Source: an uncultured Candidatus Saccharibacteria bacterium (GTDB lineage: Bacteria > Patescibacteriota > Minisyncoccia > Phycocordibacterales > UBA9973). From it: a DNA stretch of 64,000 nt. The position numbers and the translations under genes were made by a program. The notes under the pieces were generated by a model that saw only the letters and a list, made by a program, of their open reading frames with translations, did no database searches and had not been told where the DNA came from. The stretch's first letter is position 1, and every line of letters starts with the position of its first letter. The stretch lies in NCBI GenBank assembly GCA_964456475.1, contig CAYVZI010000006.1:7074-71073 (forward strand), written 5' to 3'. This document shows positions 19,987 through 30,040 of the stretch, in pieces.

Positions 19987-20664
19987 TTATTTATTCAAAA
20001 TATCACTCACAATTTTTCCATCTGCCATAGTGATTGTGCGATGTGCAAGCTTGGCATATTCCGGCTCGTGCGTGACCATCACGATGGTCTGGCCTTCTTT
20101 GTTCAAATCAATAAATGTCTGAATCACCTGATCTGAAGTTTCCGAATCGAGGTTAGCAGTCGGCTCGTCCGCAAAAATAATTTTTGGGCTATGCCCTATT
20201 GCGCGTGCAATTGCCACGCGCTGTTGCTGTCCACCGGAGAGTTGGCTTGGGAGATTATTCATGCGATCAAGAAGCCCAACACGCTCAAGTGCCTTTTTGG
20301 CTTTTCGCTCAGCCTCCGCCGTACTGTATCCCTGCATAAGAAGTGGTACAACAGTGTTTTCTAAGGCAGTCAAAGACGGCAAAATCGCATAGTCCTGAAA
20401 AATATATCCGAGATCATTGAGTCTTGTTATGGTACGTTCATTTTCTGATACTGGCACCATATCTACTCCATCTATCAAAACCTCGCCACCTGTCGGCAAA
20501 TCTAGCAGTCCAAGCTGATACAAGAGCGTTGATTTTCCAGAACCAGACTTCCCTGTCACCGTAAGAAACTGTCCTTCTGGCACAGAAAATGTAAGCGTAT
20601 CAAGCGCCACGATTTTCTGGTCACCACTCATAAATATTTTTGTTAGATTTTTTGCTTGGATCAT
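19987..20664 (-). CDS. ABC transporter ATP-binding protein (FtsE/LolD/MacB-type)
   Basis: 225 aa. Walker [12 protein letters not shown], signature [14 protein letters not shown], Walker B IIFADEPT. Confidence 0.9.
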   Translation of the reverse strand: MIQAKNLTKIFMSGDQKIVALDTLTFSVPEGQFLTVTGKSGSGKSTLLYQLGLLDLPTGGEVLIDGVDMVPVSENERTITRLNDLGYIFQDYAILPSLTALENTVVPLLMQGYSTAEAERKAKKALERVGLLDRMNNLPSQLSGGQQQRVAIARAIGHSPKIIFADEPTANLDSETSDQVIQTFIDLNKEGQTIVMVTHEPEYAKLAHRTITMADGKIVSDILNK

Positions 20665-20668
20665 GTTC

Positions 20669-20700
20669 TAGGGTTTAGGATTAAGGGATAAGGGAGGAGT
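20669..20700 (+). repeat. Telomere-like G-rich tract TAGGGTTTAGGATTAAGGGATAAGGGAGG
   Basis: Read directly, 5' of the ABC ATPase start. Followed by a perfect 16-bp-arm palindrome at 20703-20740 (AATACGCTATCGGCCA..TGGCCGATAGCGTATT). Confidence 0.6.
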
Positions 20701-20706
20701 AATACG

Positions 20707-21984
20707 CTATCGGCCAAGTATGGCCGATAGCGTATTCTGTCTAATAACAATCTTGGCTGGAATATATCCCGCAATCACCGTCGTAACAAGAAGGATAAGG
20801 CCTCGAATAAGCGTTCCCGAAAGTGTTGCAACGAGGATTCCATCAGAAAACGGGAAATCAATCGGATTCGCAGCAATAGCTGGTTTTATCAAACCGAAGA
20901 CAAGAATCATACCGAGAATAATACCAAGTGCCGCATAAATAAACGCCTGGTACATATATGAATAGAGAATCGCTTTACGATTGATACCAATTCCTTTCAA
21001 AATTCCAATATATCTTCGGCGTGTAATCGCGTTCACAAAAATCACAATAAAAATCGTAATCGATGCCACGATAAGTCCAATTCCAGAGATAGCGTTTCCG
21101 AGGATAGCAAAAGTGGTCTTGATGTCTTGCAAGAATTTTGGAAATGCTTCTTCAGCCGTTTGCACTCGAGCAAATTCTCCAACCCCACTGTCGATCAAAA
21201 ATTGCTTTGCAACGACAGGGTCTGCTCCCGGCAACAATTGAATCGCGATACTGGACGCGTTCAAATCTGTTCGCCCGGTCATCTTTCGCACTTCGCTTGC
21301 AAGTGCCACCACAGAAGTATCAAACTCATCCACTTTTGAAGAAAGAATTCCTTTCACATAGTATTCCTTAGAAACATTTCCCGAAGTTACGCGAATACGA
21401 GACCCAACAGAGACGTCTTTGAGCGTTTGAAATCCTGGAGCCTCAATCGGAGTAAATTCATACAACAAGTTTTTACCAATGAGAATGCTGTTCTGATCCT
21501 CTGGTGTAAGATACTCCCCCCGAATGACAAATTTTGAAACACCAGAAAATTGTTGTTCTTGCATCGGGTCAATTCCCAAGAAAGACGCTCCGGCGCCGTC
21601 GCGTTTTTCACCCGGGTTTATCGTCGAACGATAATTCGATTCCACACGTACAGAGCCACCGTAACGAACAGTGTGATATTTGTATCCAGGAATTGTAGTA
21701 ACAATTTTGGAAACCTCTTGCGTTTGATCAATAAATGAGCGATTCAAGAATGATGAGATCACAACATCACCAATAGCATACTTTTTCTGCGCATCTTCCG
21801 AACCTTGAATAAGACCGACAAGAATACCCGCCACAACAACGAGGTTGAGGAAGGTAAAAATCATCACGGCGACGATGAGCATCGTCGTCCATTTGTTTGC
21901 TTGCTTGATATCACGTCTAGCGAGATACCATCCCACTTTCACATTCTGCGAAAATGAATTTTCGATTCTGGTTCGTTCTGACAT
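20707..21984 (-). CDS. ABC transporter permease, FtsX/MacB-like
   Basis: 425 aa. N-terminal TM, large periplasmic loop, C-terminal 3-TM FtsX-like domain. Confidence 0.8.
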   Translation of the reverse strand: MSERTRIENSFSQNVKVGWYLARRDIKQANKWTTMLIVAVMIFTFLNLVVVAGILVGLIQGSEDAQKKYAIGDVVISSFLNRSFIDQTQEVSKIVTTIPGYKYHTVRYGGSVRVESNYRSTINPGEKRDGAGASFLGIDPMQEQQFSGVSKFVIRGEYLTPEDQNSILIGKNLLYEFTPIEAPGFQTLKDVSVGSRIRVTSGNVSKEYYVKGILSSKVDEFDTSVVALASEVRKMTGRTDLNASSIAIQLLPGADPVVAKQFLIDSGVGEFARVQTAEEAFPKFLQDIKTTFAILGNAISGIGLIVASITIFIVIFVNAITRRRYIGILKGIGINRKAILYSYMYQAFIYAALGIILGMILVFGLIKPAIAANPIDFPFSDGILVATLSGTLIRGLILLVTTVIAGYIPAKIVIRQNTLSAILGR

Positions 21985-22083
21985 TGTTTTGTATTGTATT
22001 TATTCCTCCCCTCATTTAGCAAAATGACCTACTGGGTTACTCGAGGGTGTGTGTTTTGTACCCAAAATGGTGGGGTGATGCAT

Positions 22084-22115
22084 TTTTCTAAACCCTATAC
22101 CCTAAACCCTAACCC
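22084..22115 (-). repeat. Telomere-like tract (minus sense GGGGTTAGGGTTTAGGGTATAGGGTTTAG), a G4 motif
   Basis: Plus strand reads CTAAACCCTATACCCTAAACCCTAACCCC. Lies between the adaptor and permease genes. Confidence 0.65.
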
Positions 22116-22125
22116 CTGTGGTCAT

Positions 22126-23583
22126 TTATTTTTCTCCCACTACAACCTTGTCGCCGACAGATAATCCACTGGTAACTTCTATCATATTTCCATCTCCAAG
22201 CGAGCCGGTCGTCACCTTTCGGTCTTCAAATTTTTTCTTTCTCTCGTCTGTCACAATACGGACATACGAGCCATCATCACGTACGAGTATTGCCGCCTTC
22301 GGTATTGAGAGTACGTTTGGACGAACCCACGCAAGAATAGTCATGTTTGCATTCATGCCTGGTCGAACCCCATGCACAATCGCATTGTCGATGTCTCCTT
22401 TGATTTTATAATTGACTACACCATCATCAGTCGTAGAAGATGGATCGATTGCAATCACTGTCCCAGAAAAAGTAGTGTCCGGACCAAATGCATCAAGTGT
22501 CATCAACACCTGCTGGCCAAGTGCAACCTTGGCAATGTTTGTTTCGTTGATATTTGCTTCCACATGCAGATTTTTTACATCTTGAACGACAACGGCAAGC
22601 TTCTGTGTGTCAGCACGCTCGCCCATTTTTACATCGATTCGAGTAACGGTTCCAGATGCAGGCGCTCGAAGAATTGTGTTTTCGTATACTGCCTGCGCTT
22701 GATCGATAGAGGCTTGAGCAGCCGCGAGGTCTGCAGGTCGCGCAGATGCTTTTTTCAAATTCAAATTTGCCTCAGCAGATGCAATTACACTATCACGGTC
22801 CTTCAATGCGTTTTGATAAGCGTTGTATGCAGTTAGATACGAAGTCGAAGAAGTGTTTGGCAAAGAAACAGTCCAGGTATTTTGAGTATTTGAATTATCT
22901 GAATCGAATTGGATATAGAGACCCTTCGTTCCAAGTGGAACTGGCTTGGTTATACTCGCCTGTCCTCCACCATTTTCAATCCCTGAGAAAGAAAAATACA
23001 TTCCTCCTCCATTTGTTGCGTAGGTTGAAATTTGGTACACACCTTCTGTAGTTCCAGAATACGCACCAGTGACAGTAGGTGTCGTTCCGGTAAAACCACC
23101 AGAACGTGTTGGGGTAAGATCATTATTGAGGAGTGCTCGATACGCATTTTCCACAAGGGTGTTCTGTACTTTTTTTGTATTATCGAGAGAAACTTGAGCA
23201 ACGGCAATTTCTTCATTAGAAGATCCATCGGCAACTTTCTGATAGTTTGCTTTTGCAAGAGAAAGAGCTGCATATTCATTACTGTTTCCAAGCATGGCGA
23301 GGATTTGTCCTTTTGAGACAGTATCTCCAACCGAGACCGGAATACTCTGCACAAGTCCGCTTGTAGAAAAAGAAAGATTGAGGTCTGTTTGTGCGGTGAC
23401 TTGTCCTGTAGCAAGTACGGTTTGTTTCAAATCACCTTGCACAACCGGTACAACAGTCACCGAACTCGGTGCAGTGTGAAAAATAAAATAGAGAACAACC
23501 ACAACGACAGCTCCGCCGAGTATCCAAAATCGCTTCGGATGAACATCATAATATTCTTTAATTTTTTGAAATGTGTTTTTCAT
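22126..23583 (-). CDS. Efflux-transporter periplasmic adaptor (HlyD/MacA membrane-fusion family)
   Basis: 485 aa. N-terminal TM anchor, lipoyl/beta-barrel-like repeats, C-terminus DKVVVGEK. In an operon with the ABC permease and ATPase. Confidence 0.7.
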   Translation of the reverse strand: MKNTFQKIKEYYDVHPKRFWILGGAVVVVVLYFIFHTAPSSVTVVPVVQGDLKQTVLATGQVTAQTDLNLSFSTSGLVQSIPVSVGDTVSKGQILAMLGNSNEYAALSLAKANYQKVADGSSNEEIAVAQVSLDNTKKVQNTLVENAYRALLNNDLTPTRSGGFTGTTPTVTGAYSGTTEGVYQISTYATNGGGMYFSFSGIENGGGQASITKPVPLGTKGLYIQFDSDNSNTQNTWTVSLPNTSSTSYLTAYNAYQNALKDRDSVIASAEANLNLKKASARPADLAAAQASIDQAQAVYENTILRAPASGTVTRIDVKMGERADTQKLAVVVQDVKNLHVEANINETNIAKVALGQQVLMTLDAFGPDTTFSGTVIAIDPSSTTDDGVVNYKIKGDIDNAIVHGVRPGMNANMTILAWVRPNVLSIPKAAILVRDDGSYVRIVTDERKKKFEDRKVTTGSLGDGNMIEVTSGLSVGDKVVVGEK

Positions 23584-23967
23584 AAGTACAGCTACTTTAC
23601 CATTTAAAGGTTTAAAAACAAAGGTTATAAAAAACGAACCCTTATCTTGTACTAAGATGTGGGTTCAATTTTATTTTCGTTCTTTTGTTGTAATTGTTGT
23701 AATTGTTGTAATTCTTTGATTTTTTGGCGAAGACGATTATTCATGTCTTTTTCATAAACTAAATCACTATACATATCCAAAACCGGATCGGATTCGAGAT
23801 TTTTAATATTCGTACCCATTGGCAAAAATGGTTCAAAAAATAAATAACACGCGCCAAATTTATATTTCTGCATAATAGTATGTTTTTTCTCATAGTATCA
23901 CACTATCTGAAACCTGTCCAAACAAAACAATTCCCACATCGTGGGAATTGTTTTGTTTGATTTTGTA

Positions 23968-24006
23968 TTTTTCTAGACCCTAGAACCTAGACCCTAGACC
24001 CTGCAT
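23968..24006 (-). repeat. G-rich TAGGGTCTAGGG repeat tract downstream of typA
   Basis: Plus strand is CTAGACCCTAGAACCTAGACCCTAGACCCTG. Minus sense is GGGTCTAGGGTCTAGGTTCTAGGGTCTAG. Confidence 0.6.
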
Positions 24007-24007
24007 T

Positions 24008-25795
24008 CTACTGGTTTCGTGAACCACGTGAACGTTCTGTCTCTGTAAGCAATTTTTTGCGGAGTCGCACAAAGTGCGGAGTGACCTCAAGATATTCGTC
24101 GTGGTTGATGATTTCAAGTCCACGTTCGATAGTGAGTTCCCAAGCAGGATTGAGATACATCGCTTCGTCGGTTCCAGATGAACGGACGTTTGAGAGCGCC
24201 TTTCCTTTGATTGGGTTTACCATCATGTCTTCACCCTTTGAAGTATTTCCCACAATCATTCCTTCATACACTTCAGTGTTGTGCACGATGTACATCGTAC
24301 CGCGATCCTGAAGATTCCAAATAGAGAATCCAGCAGCCGATCCCGAGATCATCGAGATCATCGCACCCACTTCCTTCTTCTTGATTTCGCCTGCCCATGG
24401 TTTGAAGCCGATTACGCGTGAAGCAAGAATTCCCTCTCCTTTTGTATCAATAACAAATTGGTTGCGGTATCCGAGAAGTCCGCGTGTTGGAATTTCGATG
24501 AGAATGCGAGTGATACCATCCTTTTCATGCATTGAAGTGAGAAGTCCGCGACGCTTTGTAAGTGTTTCAATTACTGCACCAGAAAATTCGGTTGGAACAT
24601 CGATAGTTGTTTCTTCATACGGCTCGCATTTTTCGCCATCGATTTCTTTGGTGATCGCTTTTGGCTGAGATACTTGCATTTCAAATCCTTCGCGACGCAT
24701 TTGTTCAAGAAGCACAGCCACGTGGAGTTCTCCACGTCCAGAAACCTGGAATGTCGCTTCAGAATCGAAGTCGACTTTGAGACCGACGTTCACCTGAAGT
24801 TCGCGTTCGAGACGTTCGCGGATTTGGCGTGAAGTGACGAATTTTCCATCGCGTCCTGCAAATGGTGAATCGTTCACGAGGAACGAGAGCGTGATTGTTG
24901 GTTCGTCGATGGTGATGGTTGGAAGTGCTTGCACACTGTTGTCGCTCGCAATTGTTTCTCCGATGTACACATCAGAAATTCCAGCAATAATTCCGATATC
25001 TCCAGAAACGAGTTCCGATACAGCTTCGCGTTTCTGTCCGATGAATGAAAACATCTTTGTGATTTTAGCTTGGCGAGTCTCTTCTCCGTGTTTTACGAAA
25101 ATAGTCGTTCCATCTTTGATTGTTCCGTCGTAGACACGCACGATAGCGAGACGTCCGAGGAATGAGTCATACGCGAGGTTGAAAGCCTGTGCACATGCTG
25201 GAGCATTCACATCACGAGTCGCAGATGGTACTTGTTCAAGCACCATATCGAGAAGCGGAGCGAGGTCTTTTGAATCATCAGTAAGTTCGCGCTTTGCGAT
25301 TCCCTGTCGTCCGATTGCGTAGATAGTTTTGAAATCGATTTGTTCGTCGTTGGCACCAAGTTCAAGGAAGAGCTCAAGCACTTGTTCGTGTACGTGTTCA
25401 GGATTTGCAGCCGGCTTGTCGATTTTGTTCACGACCACGATTGGTTTGAGACCGAGTTCGAGTGACTTTTTCAAAACGAAACGAGTCTGTGGCATCGGAC
25501 CTTCTTGCGCATCAACGATGAGAAGCACGGTGTCGATAGAGCGAAGAACGCGCTCCACTTCAGATCCGAAGTCGGCGTGTCCTGGTGTGTCCACGATGTT
25601 GATTTTCACTCCTTTATATGTGAGCGAACAGTTTTTTGAGTAAATGGTGATTCCACGTTCCTTTTCGAGATCGTTCGAATCCATCGAAGATGCAGTCTCA
25701 TCGACAGCTCCAGTAAACTTCAAAAGAGCATCAGTAAGAGTTGTCTTACCATGGTCAACGTGTGCGATGATTGCAATGTTTCGAATATCAGCCAT
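24008..25795 (-). CDS. typA: Translational GTPase TypA/BipA
   Basis: 595 aa. IRNIAIIAHVDHGKTTL G1 motif, DTPGHADF, NKIDK. EF-G-like domain order with a TypA C-terminus. Confidence 0.9.
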   Translation of the reverse strand: MADIRNIAIIAHVDHGKTTLTDALLKFTGAVDETASSMDSNDLEKERGITIYSKNCSLTYKGVKINIVDTPGHADFGSEVERVLRSIDTVLLIVDAQEGPMPQTRFVLKKSLELGLKPIVVVNKIDKPAANPEHVHEQVLELFLELGANDEQIDFKTIYAIGRQGIAKRELTDDSKDLAPLLDMVLEQVPSATRDVNAPACAQAFNLAYDSFLGRLAIVRVYDGTIKDGTTIFVKHGEETRQAKITKMFSFIGQKREAVSELVSGDIGIIAGISDVYIGETIASDNSVQALPTITIDEPTITLSFLVNDSPFAGRDGKFVTSRQIRERLERELQVNVGLKVDFDSEATFQVSGRGELHVAVLLEQMRREGFEMQVSQPKAITKEIDGEKCEPYEETTIDVPTEFSGAVIETLTKRRGLLTSMHEKDGITRILIEIPTRGLLGYRNQFVIDTKGEGILASRVIGFKPWAGEIKKKEVGAMISMISGSAAGFSIWNLQDRGTMYIVHNTEVYEGMIVGNTSKGEDMMVNPIKGKALSNVRSSGTDEAMYLNPAWELTIERGLEIINHDEYLEVTPHFVRLRKKLLTETERSRGSRNQ

Positions 25796-25807
25796 AAATG
25801 TTTCTGT

Positions 25808-25882
25808 GTCATCCCGGACTCCGATCCGGGATCCATGATTTTCTTAATTAGTAATGGATTCCGGCTCGTAGGCCGGAATGAC
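25808..25882. repeat. Family-1 palindromic element pair: 25808-25836 GTCATCCCGGACTCCGATCCGGGATCCAT and an inverted partner at 25854-25882 (ATGGATTCCGGCTCGTAGGCCGGAATGAC).
   Basis: MITE-like composite just upstream of typA. Confidence 0.8.
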
Positions 25883-26017
25883 AGCCCCTAGATAAAAATA
25901 AAGCCTCTAAACCGGTCGTACCGGTCGGGCGAACAAAATATCTCCGTTGCCGGAGATTTTGTTTTAGCCGCCAGGGCTAATTACCTTTTCAATATAACAC
26001 TATTTTTCAAAAAAGGC

Positions 26018-26046
26018 AATTAAAAAAAGCCCCGAAGGGCTTTTTT
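26018..26046. terminator. Rho-independent terminator hairpin AAAAAGCCCCGAAGGGGCTTTTTTT (bidirectional)
   Basis: GC stem GCCCC/GGGGC flanked by A- and T-runs. 3' of the KH-domain gene. Confidence 0.6.
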
Positions 26047-26050
26047 TAAT

Positions 26051-26362
26051 TTACATGTTCTTGAGGTCTTCCATCGCCTCGTCAAAACTCGCTTCAACAC
26101 CAGCTGCTTTCGTTCCGCCTTCTGGTTCGTTGATCTTGAGGTTTACGCGAGAGTTGTTCTTCATTCCAATGACACGGAGAAGAGTTCGGATTGCCTTAGC
26201 AGTGTTACCTTGGCGACCGATGATCTTACCCATGTCGGCTGGACTCACGGTGAGCTTTACGAGAACACCCATTTCGTCTACTGTTCGTTCGATTTTAACT
26301 TCGTTGGGATTGTCGACTAACGCCTTTACTACATACTCGAGAAACTGTGTATCTGAATCCAT
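26051..26362 (-). CDS. KH-domain RNA-binding protein (KhpA/YlqC-like)
   Basis: 103 aa. GKIIGRQGNTAKAIRTLL GxxG KH motif. Confidence 0.75.
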   Translation of the reverse strand: MDSDTQFLEYVVKALVDNPNEVKIERTVDEMGVLVKLTVSPADMGKIIGRQGNTAKAIRTLLRVIGMKNNSRVNLKINEPEGGTKAAGVEASFDEAMEDLKNM

Positions 26363-26521
26363 GATAATCTAACTGAATTAACTAAAATTTTCGTATAATA
26401 GAGCAATATTTTCGACAGTACTGCTTAGAACCAGTATACCGTCACTCCCAAATTCTTGCAAACAAAAGTATTGGAATGCAAAATTGAGCAAGCCCAGAGC
26501 TTGCTCAATTTAATAGAGTTA

Positions 26522-27256
26522 CTATTTACTTCCCTCAATCAAATCAAGAACATCCCGAGCTGAATTCTCACCGATAAACCGTTCAAACAAATGCAAGTTA
26601 TCAAGATTTCTCAAAATAAAAATAACTGACAAAATTGAGACAACAAACGCCGACTTGAGTAATGCCCCAAGAATAAATCCTTGTGAAGGAATGACGCTGA
26701 TGGCAGAGAGGAGGATAAGGACAAAGAAAAAGAGTAAAAACCACTGAAAACTAGGAATTCGTTCTTGGTACAGCATCACCATATTCTTTCGAAGTACCTG
26801 ACAATCAGACAATCCAGTCATGACTCGCCCCACAGCCTGGTTTCGAAGTGTCTCTTGCTTGTTGTTGCCAATATCCTCTTCCAGAATTTGATGAATAGAT
26901 GAAATAGTATTTGATTTGTTAATAAAATGATAATTCCAAGCTTTGTTGGCAAGGATGAGTGTATAGTGATTTTTTATTACAGCACCAATTTTTTCTTGAA
27001 TTTGTGGACTGATGTTTTGGGACGCGCGATAGATACTGGAAAGTTTCCCATCAAACGTACTGATTACCTCGCGAATTTTTGTATATCTATTCCCTTGTCG
27101 TGCAATAAAGAATCCAGTGAAAATTGAGAAAAAGAATGTCGTTATCGTGATGAAAATTTTATCTGTAGTGCTAAACCCCACATCGGTGGTGAAATAAAAA
27201 TACGTTAATCCAATAAATACAAGAAATAATAAAACCTGCGTTGTTCGGTTGTTCAT
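26522..27256 (-). CDS. Hypothetical membrane protein
   Basis: 244 aa, multiple TM helices. Confidence 0.45.
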   Translation of the reverse strand: MNNRTTQVLLFLVFIGLTYFYFTTDVGFSTTDKIFITITTFFFSIFTGFFIARQGNRYTKIREVISTFDGKLSSIYRASQNISPQIQEKIGAVIKNHYTLILANKAWNYHFINKSNTISSIHQILEEDIGNNKQETLRNQAVGRVMTGLSDCQVLRKNMVMLYQERIPSFQWFLLFFFVLILLSAISVIPSQGFILGALLKSAFVVSILSVIFILRNLDNLHLFERFIGENSARDVLDLIEGSK

Positions 27257-27372
27257 AGTTTGAATTTTATCATTCAGGATACAAAAGAGCGAGCGACTTT
27301 CGTCGCTCGCTCTTTTGTTGTATTTGTATAACTTTATGAACTTTACAAACTTTATGAACTTTCAACTTGCCG

Positions 27373-27678
27373 TTAGGCAGCCTTGAGTTCCTTTCGCTTC
27401 TTTGTAGGAGCTTTGCGAGAAAGGACGTTCTTCTTCTTTCCTTCGATGAGCTTCTTTGAAACAAGGAAGTTGTAAACAGTGTCAGATGGCTGTGCACCAA
27501 CGCTCATCCAGTGCTTTACGCGGTCTTCTTCGAGGGTTACGATTCCAGATTTAGGATTGTAAGCACCAAGGATTTCCTGGAATTTACCAGATTTTGCTGC
27601 GTTTTTGTGGTCAGTCAAAACGACGCGGAAATGCGCCTCGTTTTTGCGACCTATTCGTTGTAATCGGATCATTAACAT
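27373..27678 (-). CDS. rpsP: 30S ribosomal protein S16
   Basis: 101 aa. MLMIRLQRIGRKNEAHFRVVLTDHKNAAKSGKFQEILGAYNP is the bS16 signature. Confidence 0.9.
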   Translation of the reverse strand: MLMIRLQRIGRKNEAHFRVVLTDHKNAAKSGKFQEILGAYNPKSGIVTLEEDRVKHWMSVGAQPSDTVYNFLVSKKLIEGKKKNVLSRKAPTKKRKELKAA

Positions 27679-27724
27679 AAGTACTGCCTATACTAACAGA
27701 AAATATAAAAAAGGCAACTATTTC

Positions 27725-27835
27725 TTAATTTGTACCCAAATTGTAGAAATAGGCGTCCTCTGGCAGGGCAACTGTCTTCTTAAATTGTACCCAATTTGTA
27801 GAAGCAGGCGTCCCCTTGCGGGACAAGTTTCCCTT
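27725..27835 (+). repeat. Tandem direct repeat, 2 x ~55 bp, upstream of rpsP
   Basis: Units CTTAATTTGTACCCAAATTGTAGAAATAGGCGTCC... and TAAATTGTACCCAATTTGTAGAAGCAGGCGTCC.... Each ends in a short GC hairpin. Confidence 0.6.
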
Positions 27836-27926
27836 AAAAAATCATAAAACCAGCATTCTAAAAATAAACGCTTAAAAAAATAACAAAAGGCAGTAAAAAC
27901 TGCCTTTTTAATAAATGTTCCCTGCT

Positions 27927-28307
27927 TTATATCTTTTTTACCAAACCTTTCTTTAATAAAAAAAGCCTAATACTGTAAATTGAAAAAAGACAGAGTGCAG
28001 TCTCTATTGTAGTAGCAATCGCTACAAATTTGAATAAAGGAAAACCTGCGCCTTTAAAAAACGAGAAAAATATAGCTGCTATAGTAAGCACAATGGCAAA
28101 TAAGGAAATAACCGATGGAAAATATCCCAACAGGTCATATCTTTCCGTTTCGTCTTCAAGAAAGCCTCCGACTTTATCTTTAGAAATTTTTAACCAGAGC
28201 ATTTGTGTCATTCCGAAAAGTACCATTGAAAAGAGTGAGTCAGACACTGCAATACCAAGAGCCAAAAAAACTGCGGAGGCCGTAGATGAGCTTGCAAAAT
28301 TTTTCAT
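27927..28307 (-). CDS. Hypothetical small membrane protein
   Basis: 126 aa, 3-4 TM helices. Confidence 0.4.
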   Translation of the reverse strand: MKNFASSSTASAVFLALGIAVSDSLFSMVLFGMTQMLWLKISKDKVGGFLEDETERYDLLGYFPSVISLFAIVLTIAAIFFSFFKGAGFPLFKFVAIATTIETALCLFSIYSIRLFLLKKGLVKKI

Positions 28308-28439
28308 AATTGTTAATTGAGAGGTGAAAAGATATTTTGTTCACTCTATAACATCAGTGCAAAAAGTCAACTTAGTGTATAAAAAATTCCCGCTTGGAGT
28401 ACAAGCGGGAATAAGAATAAAAGATAAAAAGAAAAAGTC

Positions 28440-29216
28440 TTAGAAACTGACCTGACGAGGGCCGCCGTCGGGATCCTGGTAGCCGCGATAGCCGCGGTCG
28501 ATGCGGAACTTGCCAAGGCCGCGCCTGCACATGAACATCGCATAGCCGCCGGAATCGAGCGCGTGGAAACGCGTGAGTCCTTTTACATCATACATATTGC
28601 CGGTTTCGGTGCGATACCGGAATGCGGCAATCATGCCTTCGATCGGCACCATGTATTTGTTGCCATCCACAGAAAACATATCATAACTATCGTTAAAATG
28701 CTCCGCATCAGGCTCAGCTCCACCTTTGTGCAAAAAGCAATAATCACCTTTTGGACGATCCTGTTGCACTTTGATCGCCTTCGTAATACTGTTGTAGGCC
28801 TTGTATACTTTGTCTTCACCAAACTCCTTTTTGTAAGCTTCGAAGATTTTGTCTTCTGTAATACTCGCAGGTCGGAATTCAGGTATTTTCATGCCAGGAA
28901 TGTCGCTTGCAGGAATTGGAGACTTGCTCCAATCGATAGATTTTATACCAAAGTGTTTGACGTAAAACTTTTCGATTTTTTCCTTTTCACGTTTCCATAA
29001 ATCGGTTTTGATTTGAAGAATCCGCGTAACGACTTCTTCAATAATCTGCTTTGTCTCCTGACCCTGTTCAGAATCAGGAGAAGAAATCAACGACTGTATA
29101 AGGCTGTTGTCAGCCTGCCCGTCTATCAATTTCACAATTTGCAGTGCAATCTCGCCTGCATACCGCGTGCATTGTGCCGCGCTCTTGAACGTCTCAACTA
29201 CTTTTGCATCATCCAT
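28440..29216 (-). CDS. Hypothetical protein
   Basis: 258-aa ORF. Terminator hairpin TTCCCGCTTG-GAGTA-CAAGCGGGAA at 28398-28424 on its 3' side. Confidence 0.45.
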   Translation of the reverse strand: MDDAKVVETFKSAAQCTRYAGEIALQIVKLIDGQADNSLIQSLISSPDSEQGQETKQIIEEVVTRILQIKTDLWKREKEKIEKFYVKHFGIKSIDWSKSPIPASDIPGMKIPEFRPASITEDKIFEAYKKEFGEDKVYKAYNSITKAIKVQQDRPKGDYCFLHKGGAEPDAEHFNDSYDMFSVDGNKYMVPIEGMIAAFRYRTETGNMYDVKGLTRFHALDSGGYAMFMCRRGLGKFRIDRGYRGYQDPDGGPRQVSF

Positions 29217-29328
29217 GATTTAAAGCTTTTGATATGATTGTTAGAGAAAAAATTATCGTTTGTATTATATACCTATATTGACAAAAAGTCAATACCGTAT
29301 TGTATATTGATAAATAACCCATTAATCC

Positions 29329-30040
29329 ACATCTTGAGGTTTAACCTCAAGATGTGATAGTATTAACCATATGAGAAAAGCACCCCTGGTAGAGGAACAT
29401 TTTTACCATATATACAATCGAGGAGTAGATAAGCGTAAAGTCTTTGAAAGTAAAAAAGATTATTCGCGTTTTTTGTATAACCTATACCTTTCAAATTCTA
29501 CACAAGCTTTTAACTTGTCCGATCTAATCAAATATCAAGAATCTAAAGAATTGATATTTTCCCTGCCTCGCGAAGATGAATTGGTTTCAATTCATGCATA
29601 CAGTTTAATGCCGAACCATTTTCATTTGATTATTAGTCAAAAAAAGGAAAAAGGTATCAGTCTTTTCATGCAAAAGCTCACTACTGCATACACTATGTAT
29701 TTTAATAAGAAGAGCAATCGTTCAGGTTCTCTTTTTCAAGGAACTTTCAAATCTAAACATATCGCATCTGATGATTATCTTCGTTACCTATTTGCATACG
29801 TACATGCAAATTCCTTCTCAACAATCGAGGGAGAGATATCTGAAAAAAATATTGAAAAAGTTCTCAATTATGAATATTCAAGCATTCTCGATTATCAAGA
29901 CATTATTCGACCAGAAAATTCAATCGTGAGAACAGATTTTTTTGAAAAAGAATTTACGAATAAAGATGGTCTTATTGAACAATTAAAAGCATGGCTCTCT
30001 TACCATCAACATCCTGAGGTTAAACCTCAAGATATCCAAA
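29329..30040 (+). mobile_element. IS200/IS605-like or REP-associated HUH tyrosine transposase element: transposase gene flanked by imperfect palindromic hairpins
   Basis: 5' hairpin CACATCTTGAGGTT-AA-ACCTCAAGATGTG (29329-29357). Related 3' hairpin CCTGAGGTT-AA-ACCTCAAGA (30016-30037). Confidence 0.6.

Noticed and set aside
27270-27500. 76-aa ORF overlapping the rpsP 3' end
   Set aside because: Overlaps the conserved bS16 gene in another frame. Its translation is low-complexity and partly derived from the AACTTTATGAACTTT repeat tract.
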